Origin: an uncultured Desulfarculus sp.
Lineage (GTDB): Bacteria > Desulfobacterota > Desulfarculia > Desulfarculales > Desulfarculaceae
Direction of reading: 5' to 3'
NCBI GenBank assembly: GCA_963665125.2
Contig: CAXXUK010000001.1
Location: 736,001 to 800,000, forward strand
Length of the DNA stretch: 64,000 nucleotides
Shown here: positions 1 to 9,378 of the stretch, piece after piece
Position numbering within the stretch: the first letter of the stretch is position 1
How the letters are laid out: every line of letters begins with the position of its first letter
The notes under the pieces: generated by a model
Told to the model about the DNA's origin: nothing
The model's input: only the letters and a program-made list of their open reading frames with translations
The model's database searches: none
Translations under genes and position numbers: made by a program

Positions 1-417
1 ATTGGAACTTTCCACCGGAATGTTTTCCATTGACAGAAAAGACTTGATGAATTCGATGTTGGCTTGAGGCACGGTTCTGGCGGTGTTGGGCACCGAATTC
101 AGGACATGAGCGCCTCCGAACACCTTGGCGGCCAAATTGCGACCGCCGCCCATCTTGATGATGTCACCGATCAGAAGTTCCATGGCATACATGCCGTAGC
201 GGCCGCTGTTGCTGCTTAATACATCGTTGTTCCTGAAATCACCCGGCAGCATGAAATGGTTCATGCCGCCGATATTGGTGTCGACATCTCTAAGACAGAC
301 ACTAATACACGACCCAAGCAACGTAGCAATGACTTCGTCCTTGTCGGTTACATAGTACTCACCGGGCTGGATAACGACCATTTCCCTGTTGAGTTGTTTG
401 TGATGCCTTCTAACCAT
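1..417 (-). CDS. cheD: Chemoreceptor glutamine deamidase CheD (3' end runs off the window)
   Basis: Manual minus-strand translation from ATG 417: MVRRHHKQLNREMVVIQPGEYYV...IATLLGSCISVCLRD...GGMNHFMLP...GRYG..AMELLI...AKVFGGA, which are CheD motifs. Not in the ORF track because there is no stop in the window. Confidence 0.93.
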   Translation of the reverse strand, partial: MVRRHHKQLNREMVVIQPGEYYVTDKDEVIATLLGSCISVCLRDVDTNIGGMNHFMLPGDFRNNDVLSSNSGRYGMYAMELLIGDIIKMGGGRNLAAKVFGGAHVLNSVPNTARTVPQANIEFIKSFLSMENIPVESSN

Positions 418-421
418 GCTG

Positions 422-1300
422 TTAAGTCTTTTGATATGTGGTCGTCGCAACGTAACGAAATAGATCCTTGACCATCATCAGTGATTCCGAATGGCCCATG
501 AACAAATGCCCATTGGGCTTCAGGACACCATGTATTTTTTTCAGAATTTGGGTTTTGTCTTCATTGTCGAAATAAATCAAGACATTGCGGCAAAATACAA
601 AATCTATGTCCGGTTTGAGCGGATAGTGCTCACTCATCAGGTTGAACTTCCGGAATGTAACCATCTGGCGCAACTCCGGCGTAACCTTGAAGGTGACGTT
701 TTCCGCCAAGCGCTGACGAATGAAATATTTGGTCAACAGCCAGGGCGGAACGGGCTCCAGCAAGGATTGATCATATTCTCCCTTGCTCGCCGATGTGAGC
801 ATTCCGGTGTCGATGTCGGTGGCAAGCACCTTCACGTCCCAACCCGGCCGCGTGGAAAAAAATTCCGCAAGGGTGATAGCCAGCGTATATGGCTCTTCAC
901 CGGATGAACAACCGGCTGACCATGCCCTGATTTTCCGTTCTCCCGATGCTTCTCCCAGTTGATGCAGAATTGGCAGGACGTCCTCTGCCAATATGTCGAA
1001 GTGGTGTTTTTCTCTGTAAAAATCGGTTTTGTTCGTTGTGATCCGATTGACCATCTGCACTATTTCATCAGCACCAGCCGGTGATTGCAGATAGTTGATG
1101 TACTGCTGAAACGATTCCAGTTTTAGGCTGCGTAAACGTTTGCTGAGTCGGCTGACTACCAGGTCGCGCTTTTGCAAACCAAGGCTTATGCCCGTCTGGG
1201 CCTTTACCAGAAGCCGTATCTGTTCGAATTCATCGTTTGTGAGCTTATAGGATTTCGGCCAAATGATTGCCTTTGAGGGAGGTGTGGAATCATGCTGCAT
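422..1300 (-). CDS. cheR: Chemotaxis methyltransferase CheR
   Basis: TTNKTDFYRE, WSAGCSSGEEPYT, ATDID, FCRNVLIYFD and GHSE motifs. Confidence 0.96.
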   Translation of the reverse strand: MQHDSTPPSKAIIWPKSYKLTNDEFEQIRLLVKAQTGISLGLQKRDLVVSRLSKRLRSLKLESFQQYINYLQSPAGADEIVQMVNRITTNKTDFYREKHHFDILAEDVLPILHQLGEASGERKIRAWSAGCSSGEEPYTLAITLAEFFSTRPGWDVKVLATDIDTGMLTSASKGEYDQSLLEPVPPWLLTKYFIRQRLAENVTFKVTPELRQMVTFRKFNLMSEHYPLKPDIDFVFCRNVLIYFDNEDKTQILKKIHGVLKPNGHLFMGHSESLMMVKDLFRYVATTTYQKT

Positions 1301-2648
1301 CGCCCATCGCCTCCGGTGCCAGCAGCCGATCCAGTTCCAGCATTATCACGAGATCACCGTTGTGGCGCGTAAGGCCGCTGATATAGTCCCGCTTGATTTT
1401 CCCCGAAAACGCCGGTGGGGCTTGGATTTCGTCGCGGCTGATTTCGGCTACGTCGTTTACTTGATCCACCACGGCGCCAATGATTTTGCTGCCGACGCGC
1501 ACCACGATGATTACCGGTTCGGGGCAGTCGTCGGGCATGTTGAACTTCAGTCGAAGGTCAACCACCGGAACCACCATGCCCCGGAGGTTCATGACACCCA
1601 GCACATGCTCTGGCGTTCGCGGGAGTATGGTCAGGCTGGGAATGCCTATGATTTCCTGCACGGACAAGATGTTGACGCCATATGTTTCCCGGCCCAGGGA
1701 AATCGTTAGATATTCCAGTTTGTTTGCTTCCGACTCTTGTTCTGGTTCATTTTGTGGCCCCACCGGTTGGTGGGGCTTTTCCGTGGCCGCTCTTGTGACC
1801 ACAGGCGGACTGACTGGGCTTTGGGCCGATTGCCGCGGCGTTGCCGTTGGTGTTACAACGGGTTGGATGATATTGACGCCGCCAGGCGAGTCGACAAAAT
1901 CGGCCTGAGTCACCAGATGGAATTCATCCGGCTCAAGCCTCAGCGATGGTGCAAGAAGGTCCGGTTCCAGAACGGTTGAATAAAGCACGTGGCACGTCAC
2001 ATCATCAGCGTAATAATCATTCGGTGCGCCGGTGCTTTCAATATCCACAACCGAGTCTACCAATTCACCCAAAGACAGCAGTTCGTTGACGAGTTGGATA
2101 GGCGTCAGCCCCCGCTTTTCGATCAGCCCGAGTTTCAAGCGAAGGTGATACAAGTTGCCTTGTTTGAATTTCGATTCGAGCACGTACCTGCTGATGGAAA
2201 AGGCCGGCAGGCCGCTTTCCGGCGCCGGGGTGTCCCTGGATTCATACCGGGATTTGATATTATGGTCCACTCCGGCGCTCAGGGCGGCCTCAAGAGCCCT
2301 GATGGGGCCGTCTATGTCAATGGCGTCTTGTTCATTTATGCGCTGAAAGAGCGCCGCCAGCACATCAAGAGATTGCAGTAGTGAATCGGTGACCGGTTGT
2401 ATGGGATCAAGGTCTCCGCCGCGGATCAAATTGAGCAGACCTTCCATTTTTTTGGCGAGGTCTTCGATCTTTCGCAGGCCGATAAAACCGGCACCGCCCT
2501 TTATGGAATGAACCGCCCTGAAGACCGTAGTCGTGGTTTCCGGGTCAGCGGCGCCTTGCTCCAACTTCAATAGGCCGTTCTCCACCTCCGCCAACAGCGT
2601 AGTGGATTCGGCAATGAATTCAGGAACCATATCGTCAAAAGAACTCAT
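1290..2648 (-). CDS. Hpt + P2-like + CheW domain protein (CheA-like N-terminus, no kinase domain)
   Basis: N-terminal FRAVHSIKG (Hpt), Pro/Thr-rich linker, C-terminal CheW (YGVNILSVQEII...LGVMNLRGMVVPVVDLR); no HATPase boxes. Confidence 0.88.
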   Translation of the reverse strand: MSSFDDMVPEFIAESTTLLAEVENGLLKLEQGAADPETTTTVFRAVHSIKGGAGFIGLRKIEDLAKKMEGLLNLIRGGDLDPIQPVTDSLLQSLDVLAALFQRINEQDAIDIDGPIRALEAALSAGVDHNIKSRYESRDTPAPESGLPAFSISRYVLESKFKQGNLYHLRLKLGLIEKRGLTPIQLVNELLSLGELVDSVVDIESTGAPNDYYADDVTCHVLYSTVLEPDLLAPSLRLEPDEFHLVTQADFVDSPGGVNIIQPVVTPTATPRQSAQSPVSPPVVTRAATEKPHQPVGPQNEPEQESEANKLEYLTISLGRETYGVNILSVQEIIGIPSLTILPRTPEHVLGVMNLRGMVVPVVDLRLKFNMPDDCPEPVIIVVRVGSKIIGAVVDQVNDVAEISRDEIQAPPAFSGKIKRDYISGLTRHNGDLVIMLELDRLLAPEAMGDAA

Positions 2649-2668
2649 ATGCTGCTCCGGACATTCCC

Positions 2669-4723
2669 TCAGGCAAAAGACAGTTTTTCAAGGCCGTGGA
2701 TATCCAAAATCAGGCTGACCCTGCCATCGCCGAGGATGGTTGCTCCGGCAACGCCCTCGATTTTGCGGTAATTTTGCTCCAGGCTTTTGATTACCGCCTG
2801 CTGTTCTCCCAGGATATCATCAACCAGAATGCCGAAGCGTCTGGCCACGCTTTCAATTATCACCACCAGGGCGCCGGTTGGGTCGGTGCGCTGGGTGGGC
2901 AGATTGAGCACGTCGTACAAGCGCACCAGAGGCAGGTATTCTCCCCTGACGGCTATCAGCTCGCCTTGGCCTTCCACGGTCCTGATATCTTCCGGCCTGG
3001 GCCGGATGGACTCCAGGATCGATAAGACCGGCAGAGTAAGGACTTCGTTGCCCACCGTGACCATCATGCCGTCGATAATGGCCAGAGTCAGGGGCAGTTT
3101 GATCCGGAATGTGGTCCCCTGGCCTGCTTCGGTGTCGATTTCCAGTGAGCCGCTCAGGGATTCGATGTTCTTTTTGACAACATCCAGACCAACGCCGCGC
3201 CCGGATACCTCGGTGACGTGGGCGGCCGTGGAAAAACCCGGCAAGAAGATATAGGAAAGCAGTTCGCTTTCACTGACTTGTGTGCCGGGCGCAACAATAC
3301 ATTGCTCGACGGCCTTTTTCAGTAGCGCTTCTTTGTCGATGCCTCTGCCGTCGTCGCTCACTTCTATGATGATCCGGCCTTCCTGTTGGTAGGCGCAGAG
3401 CGTTATGGTTCCGGTTTCCGGTTTGCCCTCGGCCGAGCGCTGCGCCGGTTTTTCCAAACCATGGTCGGCGCTGTTGCGCACAAGGTGCTTAAGCGGATCA
3501 ACGATTTGTTCAATTACGTTCTTATCCAGCTCGGTTTCGGTGCCCAGCATTTCCAGCTTGATTTTTTTTCCAAGTTCAGAGGCCAGGTCGCGCACTACTC
3601 TCTGGAACCGGTTGAAAGTGGCCTCCACGGGCACCATGCGTACGCGCATGATCTGTTCCTGAAGCTCGCGGCTAACATGTTCGAGGGCCTCGACAGCCGC
3701 TTCCATCTCCGGCGCCGCATCGCCGTCGGTCAACTGGCCGACCCTGGCCACGCTGATCACCAGTTCGCCTACCATGTTGACCAGCTTGTCCAGTTTGTCC
3801 GTGTCGACGCGTATGGTTGGGACCGTTTGCGGGACTTTTGAAGAGACCACCGGCTTGGTCGTGGTCAGGGTGGCGGGTGGCTGCACCGGAGCCTTGCCGG
3901 AAGGGGCCGGCGGCACTTGGGCCGCCCGGGGCTCTTCGGGCCTCGGCGGTTCGTGATCCGGCTCGCGAACGGCCTTTGCCTGTACGATCTGGGGGTTGGG
4001 TAGAGATTTTTCGGTGGTCGGTTTGATGGTTATATCGTTGTCGTCCTGGACAAAGATAAACACGTTGTCCAGGCGCGACTTGGGCTCGCGGCTTTCGATC
4101 AGAATTTCCCACCAAAGGTAGAGCTTGCTGGGGTCCAAGTTTTCAAAGGGCGGCAGTTGTTCGCTATGACAGACAGCCTGTTTAATTTCACCGAGGTCTC
4201 CGAGTTCCAATAAAAGCAAAAGCGGGTCGTTTCCCGTGGTGAACAGGTTCTGGTCAAAGCGCATCGTCACTTTATAAAGAGTGGGCACGCCTTCCTGCTG
4301 GTGTTGAAACTCTTCCGGGTGCTCCGTCGCCGGCTGGACGGTGGCAGGGCTTTCCCCTTCCATCAGGCGGCTCAAGGCCGATATGACCTCCGTGGGTGGT
4401 TGGGCTTGGCCGCCTTCCAAATGGCTTGAAATTAGGATCTTCAGGGAGTCCACGGCCGAAAGCAGCAGATCGACGGTATTTTTCTCGGGCTTGCGGCGTC
4501 CCTGGCGCATTTCGTCGAGCACGCCTTCCATGAGGTGGGTCAGATCCAAGACATCGTTGAAACCCACAATGCCCGCGTTGCCCTTCATGGTGTGGGCCGC
4601 CCTGAATATGGCGTTTAGGTTTTCCGGATCGGCGTCCTGTTCCAGGTTGACCAAGCCGTCTTCAAGAGACTCGATAAGTTCCCATGACTCCTCTGCGAAA
4701 ATTTGTAGGAGCTTGTCGTCCAT
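2669..4723 (-). CDS. cheA: Chemotaxis histidine kinase CheA
   Basis: FRAAHTMKG, IRVDTDKLDKLVNMVGELV, HLVRNSADHG, DDGRG, GFST...SGRGVGLDVV and a C-terminal CheW-like domain. Confidence 0.97.
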   Translation of the reverse strand: MDDKLLQIFAEESWELIESLEDGLVNLEQDADPENLNAIFRAAHTMKGNAGIVGFNDVLDLTHLMEGVLDEMRQGRRKPEKNTVDLLLSAVDSLKILISSHLEGGQAQPPTEVISALSRLMEGESPATVQPATEHPEEFQHQQEGVPTLYKVTMRFDQNLFTTGNDPLLLLLELGDLGEIKQAVCHSEQLPPFENLDPSKLYLWWEILIESREPKSRLDNVFIFVQDDNDITIKPTTEKSLPNPQIVQAKAVREPDHEPPRPEEPRAAQVPPAPSGKAPVQPPATLTTTKPVVSSKVPQTVPTIRVDTDKLDKLVNMVGELVISVARVGQLTDGDAAPEMEAAVEALEHVSRELQEQIMRVRMVPVEATFNRFQRVVRDLASELGKKIKLEMLGTETELDKNVIEQIVDPLKHLVRNSADHGLEKPAQRSAEGKPETGTITLCAYQQEGRIIIEVSDDGRGIDKEALLKKAVEQCIVAPGTQVSESELLSYIFLPGFSTAAHVTEVSGRGVGLDVVKKNIESLSGSLEIDTEAGQGTTFRIKLPLTLAIIDGMMVTVGNEVLTLPVLSILESIRPRPEDIRTVEGQGELIAVRGEYLPLVRLYDVLNLPTQRTDPTGALVVIIESVARRFGILVDDILGEQQAVIKSLEQNYRKIEGVAGATILGDGRVSLILDIHGLEKLSFA

Positions 4724-4733
4724 GTGCCTAGCC

Positions 4734-5120
4734 TTAGGTCAAAGACCGGGTGAATTTCCGCACCACAGTTATCAGTGTCTCCGGTTTGAAAGGTTTGACC
4801 AGCCAGCCCGAGGCTCCCGCCTTTTTACCTTCGAGCTTTTTGCTGTCTTCGCGTTCCGTTGTCAGAACCAAGATGGGTACAAATCGAAAATTGGTTTGTT
4901 TTACCTTTTTTATAAACGTGATGCCGTCCATTATCGGCATGTTAACGTCGCTGATGATCATATCGAGTTGTTGGCCGCTATGCTCTATCTTATCCAAGAC
5001 CTCTAGGCCTTGTTTTCCGTCAGTGGCCTGGATAACCGTAAAGCCCGCTGGCGAGAGCGTCATTTCCACTGACATGCGCAATGTCGCGGAATCATCTACC
5101 AGTAAAACCGTTTTATTCAT
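4734..5120 (-). CDS. cheY: Chemotaxis response regulator CheY
   Basis: Single REC domain (VDD, SDVNMP, LTT, KPF) next to cheA. Confidence 0.9.
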   Translation of the reverse strand: MNKTVLLVDDSATLRMSVEMTLSPAGFTVIQATDGKQGLEVLDKIEHSGQQLDMIISDVNMPIMDGITFIKKVKQTNFRFVPILVLTTEREDSKKLEGKKAGASGWLVKPFKPETLITVVRKFTRSLT

Positions 5121-5146
5121 GCCGGCTCCGTGGTTTTTTGACCGTC

Positions 5147-5440
5147 TCAGGTTGCGAGGGAGTCAAACTGGTCCATGAGCCCGGTTATTTTCAGGGCCAT
5201 GGTCATGGGCTCGGAGTATCCGATAATAACAACCGGACCAATCTGCGATCTTGATTGCAGAAATGAAAGAACTGCCTGTAATCCCGCCGTATCAACTTCG
5301 TATACGGCCCTGAGGTCGAGTCTCAGGTCTTCCGCGCTGCTAAGGCCTTTTTGCAGGCAATCTCCCAGGGATTCAAGGTATTGGACCCGCAAATCTCCGG
5401 AAATTATCATCGTATTGTCGGACAACTCGCAACTGAGCAA
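5147..5440 (-). CDS. STAS domain protein
   Basis: LDL..V.EVDTAGLQ STAS motif; typical position upstream of cheY. Confidence 0.82.
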   Translation of the reverse strand: MLSCELSDNTMIISGDLRVQYLESLGDCLQKGLSSAEDLRLDLRAVYEVDTAGLQAVLSFLQSRSQIGPVVIIGYSEPMTMALKITGLMDQFDSLAT

Positions 5441-5453
5441 AGTTATCTCCCGT

Positions 5454-5765
5454 CTAGCTGATGGCGGAGATGTTGAATATTTTGTCTAGCTTGACCACTT
5501 TGAACATGGTGTAAATATCGTTGGACATGTTTTCGATTTTGATACCGCCGCCGTTGGCGGCCAGGCTCTTATAGAACAGAAGCAGTTTGCCTATACCGGC
5601 ACTGCCTACAAAGGTGACGCCCGTAAAATCGAAAACCACTTCCTTGATTGAGGATACGTCCAATTCCAGAAAGCGGCGCTTCATTTCTTCCGCGCCCCGC
5701 TCGTCAATGCTTCCTGCTATTTCAATACGCACCAGGTCTTCGTTTTGCGTGACCGATATTTCCAT
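5454..5765 (-). CDS. STAS domain / anti-sigma factor antagonist
   Basis: VFDFTGVTFVGSAGIG motif; start placed at ATG 5765 with an upstream GGAG. Confidence 0.85.
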   Translation of the reverse strand: MEISVTQNEDLVRIEIAGSIDERGAEEMKRRFLELDVSSIKEVVFDFTGVTFVGSAGIGKLLLFYKSLAANGGGIKIENMSNDIYTMFKVVKLDKIFNISAIS

Positions 5766-5827
5766 GTGCAGCGGACTCCCGGAAATCATTATTTCACAGA
5801 AGACATCCGGGAAGCAGCGCCTGCCGG

Positions 5828-5845
5828 ATGCTACGATTAAACCAA
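5828..5845 (-). promoter_or_regulatory. Putative sigma54 (-24/-12) promoter of the STAS-che operon
   Basis: Minus strand reads TTGGTTTAATCGTAGCAT (GG-N10-GC) about 60 nt upstream of the first STAS gene. Confidence 0.45.
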
Positions 5846-5901
5846 TATCATTAATTCTAGTATTAACAGAGGTTGCCGTACCTTGGCAATCAATGGTGGG
5901 A

Positions 5902-6315
5902 CTACTTGCGTAGTTTGTCGTTTAATTCTTTGGCTTCCTGGCGTTTGCGGGCCATTTCCTCTTTCTGGACATCCAGGACATACTGATGGATGCGTTCCCG
6001 GTCTTCATCCCTGATTTTCTTGATTACACCCCGGCTCATCCCTGGTTTGAGTTGAGACAGGGTTTCCAGGATAACCGGCACGGGGGCGTCAATGCCGGTC
6101 ATGACGATCAGGGCCTTGAGCACTTTTCCCACGGGCAGGGGTTTGCTCTGGAACGCCAGGCCCCCCGCGCTGATGTCGACAACATTGAACGTATGGCCTT
6201 CAATGCGGAGATAGACCGGCTTGTCGCTCGGAGGGACTATTCGGTAATAGTTCCTGCGGTCTTCATCAAACTCTATCTCAATGCCTTTTTCTTTATTCTT
6301 CTTGCGGAAAAACAC
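5902..6315 (-). CDS. PilZ domain protein
   Basis: RRNYYR (RxxxR) and DISAGG (DxSxxG) c-di-GMP-binding motifs. Confidence 0.9.
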   Translation of the reverse strand: MFFRKKNKEKGIEIEFDEDRRNYYRIVPPSDKPVYLRIEGHTFNVVDISAGGLAFQSKPLPVGKVLKALIVMTGIDAPVPVILETLSQLKPGMSRGVIKKIRDEDRERIHQYVLDVQKEEMARKRQEAKELNDKLRK

Positions 6316-6488
6316 CTGCTACAACCTCTTGGTCTGTTTGACTTGGCCACAGCGCGGCCTGGTCTGGCATTTCATTGCCGGCCAGGTTGCCCGGGCCCTT
6401 CGGCGGCGCGCAGCCTTTTGTCAGTTTTTTATTTTCCCCCCATATAGGCCGGAAAATTCTTTCCAGCCGTAATCAAAAGCACCCTCGC

Positions 6489-7220
6489 TCAGTTTTTGCG
6501 GGCCTTTTCCAATACAAACTCTACTCGGCGATTAAGCGCCATATTCTTTTCATTGTTGTCAGGCACCAAACGTTGGGTGTCGGCATATCCCGTGGCCGTC
6601 ATTTGACTGGGGTTTACGCCTTGTTCGATCAGCGCGCGTAACACCGATGTGGCGCGCAAAGCGCTGAGTTCCCAGTTGCTGTTGAATTTATCCGTCTGAA
6701 TGGGCCGCGAGTCGGTGTGGCCTTTTACATCCAGCCGGTACCCCTTGTTCTCATTGATTACCTTGGCAACCGCCTTGATAACCGGCAGGGCGCTGCTTTT
6801 TATATCGGATGATCCGGTGTCGAACATGAGCTTGCCCTTGACCCTCAGAATAATTTTGTCCCCTTGGTCAATGACCTCAACAACGTCTTCGATGTTCTTT
6901 TGGTTCAAAGCCTGGCGTACGTCTTTGAGCAGGGGCTCTGTCTCTCTGCCCGTAAGCTGGGAAAGACTCATGTGCTTGGTGTCATGGGCGTCAATTCGTC
7001 CGATACGGCCGCCGGGAGCCACGCTGGCACCCAGGCTGTACTGAATAGAGGTGCGAACCTGCTCAAAGCGTTCCTCGTTCAGAGTGGCCAGCGAAAGCAG
7101 CATGACGAAGAAGGTAAGCAGCAGCGTCACCATGTCGGCATAGGTGATCAGCCATTCCCGGCCCTCCTCGGCGTTGGCCTCCTCTGTTACGGGCATATAT
7201 TCACTTTTTGTTTCCGGCAC
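6489..7220 (-). CDS. motB: Flagellar stator MotB/PomB
   Basis: WLITYADMVTLLLTFFV, OmpA-like GHTD...NWELSALRA...NRRVE. Confidence 0.95.
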   Translation of the reverse strand: MPETKSEYMPVTEEANAEEGREWLITYADMVTLLLTFFVMLLSLATLNEERFEQVRTSIQYSLGASVAPGGRIGRIDAHDTKHMSLSQLTGRETEPLLKDVRQALNQKNIEDVVEVIDQGDKIILRVKGKLMFDTGSSDIKSSALPVIKAVAKVINENKGYRLDVKGHTDSRPIQTDKFNSNWELSALRATSVLRALIEQGVNPSQMTATGYADTQRLVPDNNEKNMALNRRVEFVLEKARKN

Positions 7221-7986
7221 TTATCTTCTCCGGACTATAAGCGTCCCGTTGTTTGGGAGGAATGAACGAACTGAGCTTTTCGTATATGAGCATGGGGTTG
7301 TTGTTGTCGAGAATGCTGACCGCGCCTTCGAATATCAACTCCAGGTTGACAAGCTCGACCATTGTCCTGGATCTCAATTTTCCGGCGATTGGCAGGAAAA
7401 AAAGCGAAGCCAGCAATGATCCGTAAAACGTGGTGATCAGGGCCACGGCCATGGCCGGGCCGATGGTCTCCGGGTCGGACAGCTGGCCAAGCATCTGCAC
7501 CAGGCCGATTAGGGTGCCCAACATGCCAAAGGCCGGAGCATAGGAGCCCATTTTTTTGAAAACATCCTGGGCGTCGGAATGCCTGGCCCGCAGTGCTTCT
7601 ATCTCGATGCGCAGCGTGTGCCTGATGAGATCCTCGGGCGCTCCGTCGGCTATGAGGTTCAATGATTTTTTTAAAATGGCGTCGTTGGTTTTCACCTTGG
7701 ACAGGGCCACCAGGCCCTGGCGCCGGGAAATGTTGGCCAGGGTCAGGATCAGACGGACGACTTGGTTGGGATCGGTGCGGCGGTGGCGAAAGACCTGGCC
7801 CGCGGCCCGGAAGGCATGGATCACGTCGCCGAGGGGAAAGGTAATCAGCGTTGCCGCCAAGGTGCCGCCAAGAACGATCATCATGCTCGGGACACTGACA
7901 AACAATTCCACGCCGCCCTGGCTGATGATAGCCCCGAAAATCAACGCCAGGCCCGAGAAAATGCCCAGTATGGTTGCTATGTCCAT
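7201..7986 (-). CDS. motA: Flagellar stator MotA/PomA
   Basis: APAFGMLGTLIGLV, MAVALITTFYG; overlaps motB. Confidence 0.95.
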   Translation of the reverse strand: MDIATILGIFSGLALIFGAIISQGGVELFVSVPSMMIVLGGTLAATLITFPLGDVIHAFRAAGQVFRHRRTDPNQVVRLILTLANISRRQGLVALSKVKTNDAILKKSLNLIADGAPEDLIRHTLRIEIEALRARHSDAQDVFKKMGSYAPAFGMLGTLIGLVQMLGQLSDPETIGPAMAVALITTFYGSLLASLFFLPIAGKLRSRTMVELVNLELIFEGAVSILDNNNPMLIYEKLSSFIPPKQRDAYSPEKISAGNKK

Positions 7987-8023
7987 CTACTACTCCTGCC
8001 AGGCGGCCCAATGCTTGTGTTGA

Positions 8024-9184
8024 TCACGATGATTTCAGCGATACCCGCAGTTCTATTGCTTTTCCGCCGCGCTCGATTTTCAGCAGATGCCCGGCGTCCG
8101 GCTTATGTTTGACGGCGTTGTGAATGTCCTTTACGTTGGTTAGCTTGTTGCCGTTTAGTTCCAGCAATATATCATCTTTTTTCACCCCTGCGGAATCCGC
8201 GACCGACCCAGGCACCACGGCCTTGACCAGAAGCCCTTTGTCCGTGGGTTCCAAAATGACGCCCAAACGGGGCGGCCTGGGTGGTTCGGGAGTGGAAACA
8301 ATCAATATATCGGCAGGTTTGGCTATAAACATTAAATCTGATTGTATGATAGCGCCCGGTTCTATTGGAACAACTGACAAAACCGGCGTGCCGGGCAGAC
8401 GGCGGGCCAGTCTGGGCGGCACGCCCCTGCCGTGGGTCATGTGGCCCAGGCCCGTAAAGACGACGCCCGCCTTGCCGCTGTCGGGCCAGGGGCTCATGGC
8501 CAGGGCCATGTTATGGGCCATGGTTTCATCCCGGGCAACCTGGGCGGCAAAGAAGTTGTCCAGCACTCCGCTGCCCATCTGGGCGTGCATGGGCAATTGC
8601 CGGGCGATTTGCTTTTTGTAGTCCGGGTCGTCCAGGTCCATGTCCGGCGCAATCTCTTGGCGCTGGGCCTTACTCAACGAAGACAGTCCGTTGCGGCCGA
8701 TTTGACGGATGACACCGGCCGGTGCGTTCAGGGGAACCAGGATGTAGCCGTTTTGCCGCACCTGGTCCAGTACCGGCAGGAACAGCTCCAGGGGATAGCC
8801 CCAATTTTTTCCCCAATCAACTTTCTGGGCGAACTGCGCGGTGCTGATTTGGCCCTTGGACAACTCGTCGCAGGCTGCCGAATGGCTGGTGTCCAGCCAC
8901 TCTATGCCTACGACCACCTTTTGCGGGTTATGGCCTTTGGCTAGCCATTTCAGAATGTTGGCCTGTATTTGGTGGTGTCCGGGATGGCGGTGGCTTTCGC
9001 CCACTATAACCAGCCGTGATTGGGCGACCAGCCGCTCGAGTTGGTCCTGATCAACGGATTCGCCTGAGGGTAAAACAAACGCCTGGCCCGGAACGGCGCC
9101 GGACTTTTCGGTTGGTTGAATTGTGGCGCAGCCGGCCAAGGCCAGTAATAGAGCCGGTGCAATAATTTTCACCAGGATGTGCAA
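8024..9184 (-). CDS. ChaN-family lipoprotein with C-terminal PDZ domain
   Basis: Lipobox LALAGC; GESH..PGHH..Q, GIEW, AQVARDETMA; PDZ (PGSVADSAGVKKDDILL). TTG start at 9184 with an upstream AAGGAG. Confidence 0.82.
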   Translation of the reverse strand: MHILVKIIAPALLLALAGCATIQPTEKSGAVPGQAFVLPSGESVDQDQLERLVAQSRLVIVGESHRHPGHHQIQANILKWLAKGHNPQKVVVGIEWLDTSHSAACDELSKGQISTAQFAQKVDWGKNWGYPLELFLPVLDQVRQNGYILVPLNAPAGVIRQIGRNGLSSLSKAQRQEIAPDMDLDDPDYKKQIARQLPMHAQMGSGVLDNFFAAQVARDETMAHNMALAMSPWPDSGKAGVVFTGLGHMTHGRGVPPRLARRLPGTPVLSVVPIEPGAIIQSDLMFIAKPADILIVSTPEPPRPPRLGVILEPTDKGLLVKAVVPGSVADSAGVKKDDILLELNGNKLTNVKDIHNAVKHKPDAGHLLKIERGGKAIELRVSLKSS

Positions 9185-9378
9185 GTAGGGCCGCTCCTTG
9201 TGGCGCTCTTTATTGACCACAATAATAGCACATGCACAGTGCAAGGCAAAAGCAGATGTCCCGAAACTTCAACAAGGCCAAGGGGTTGGGTTGGTCGAAG
9301 TCCGGATTACCAAAAGGCCGGCCGCGCTGCGCACAATAATGTCACAGCCGCGGCACTTAGTCTCGTTTGGCCTGGCTA

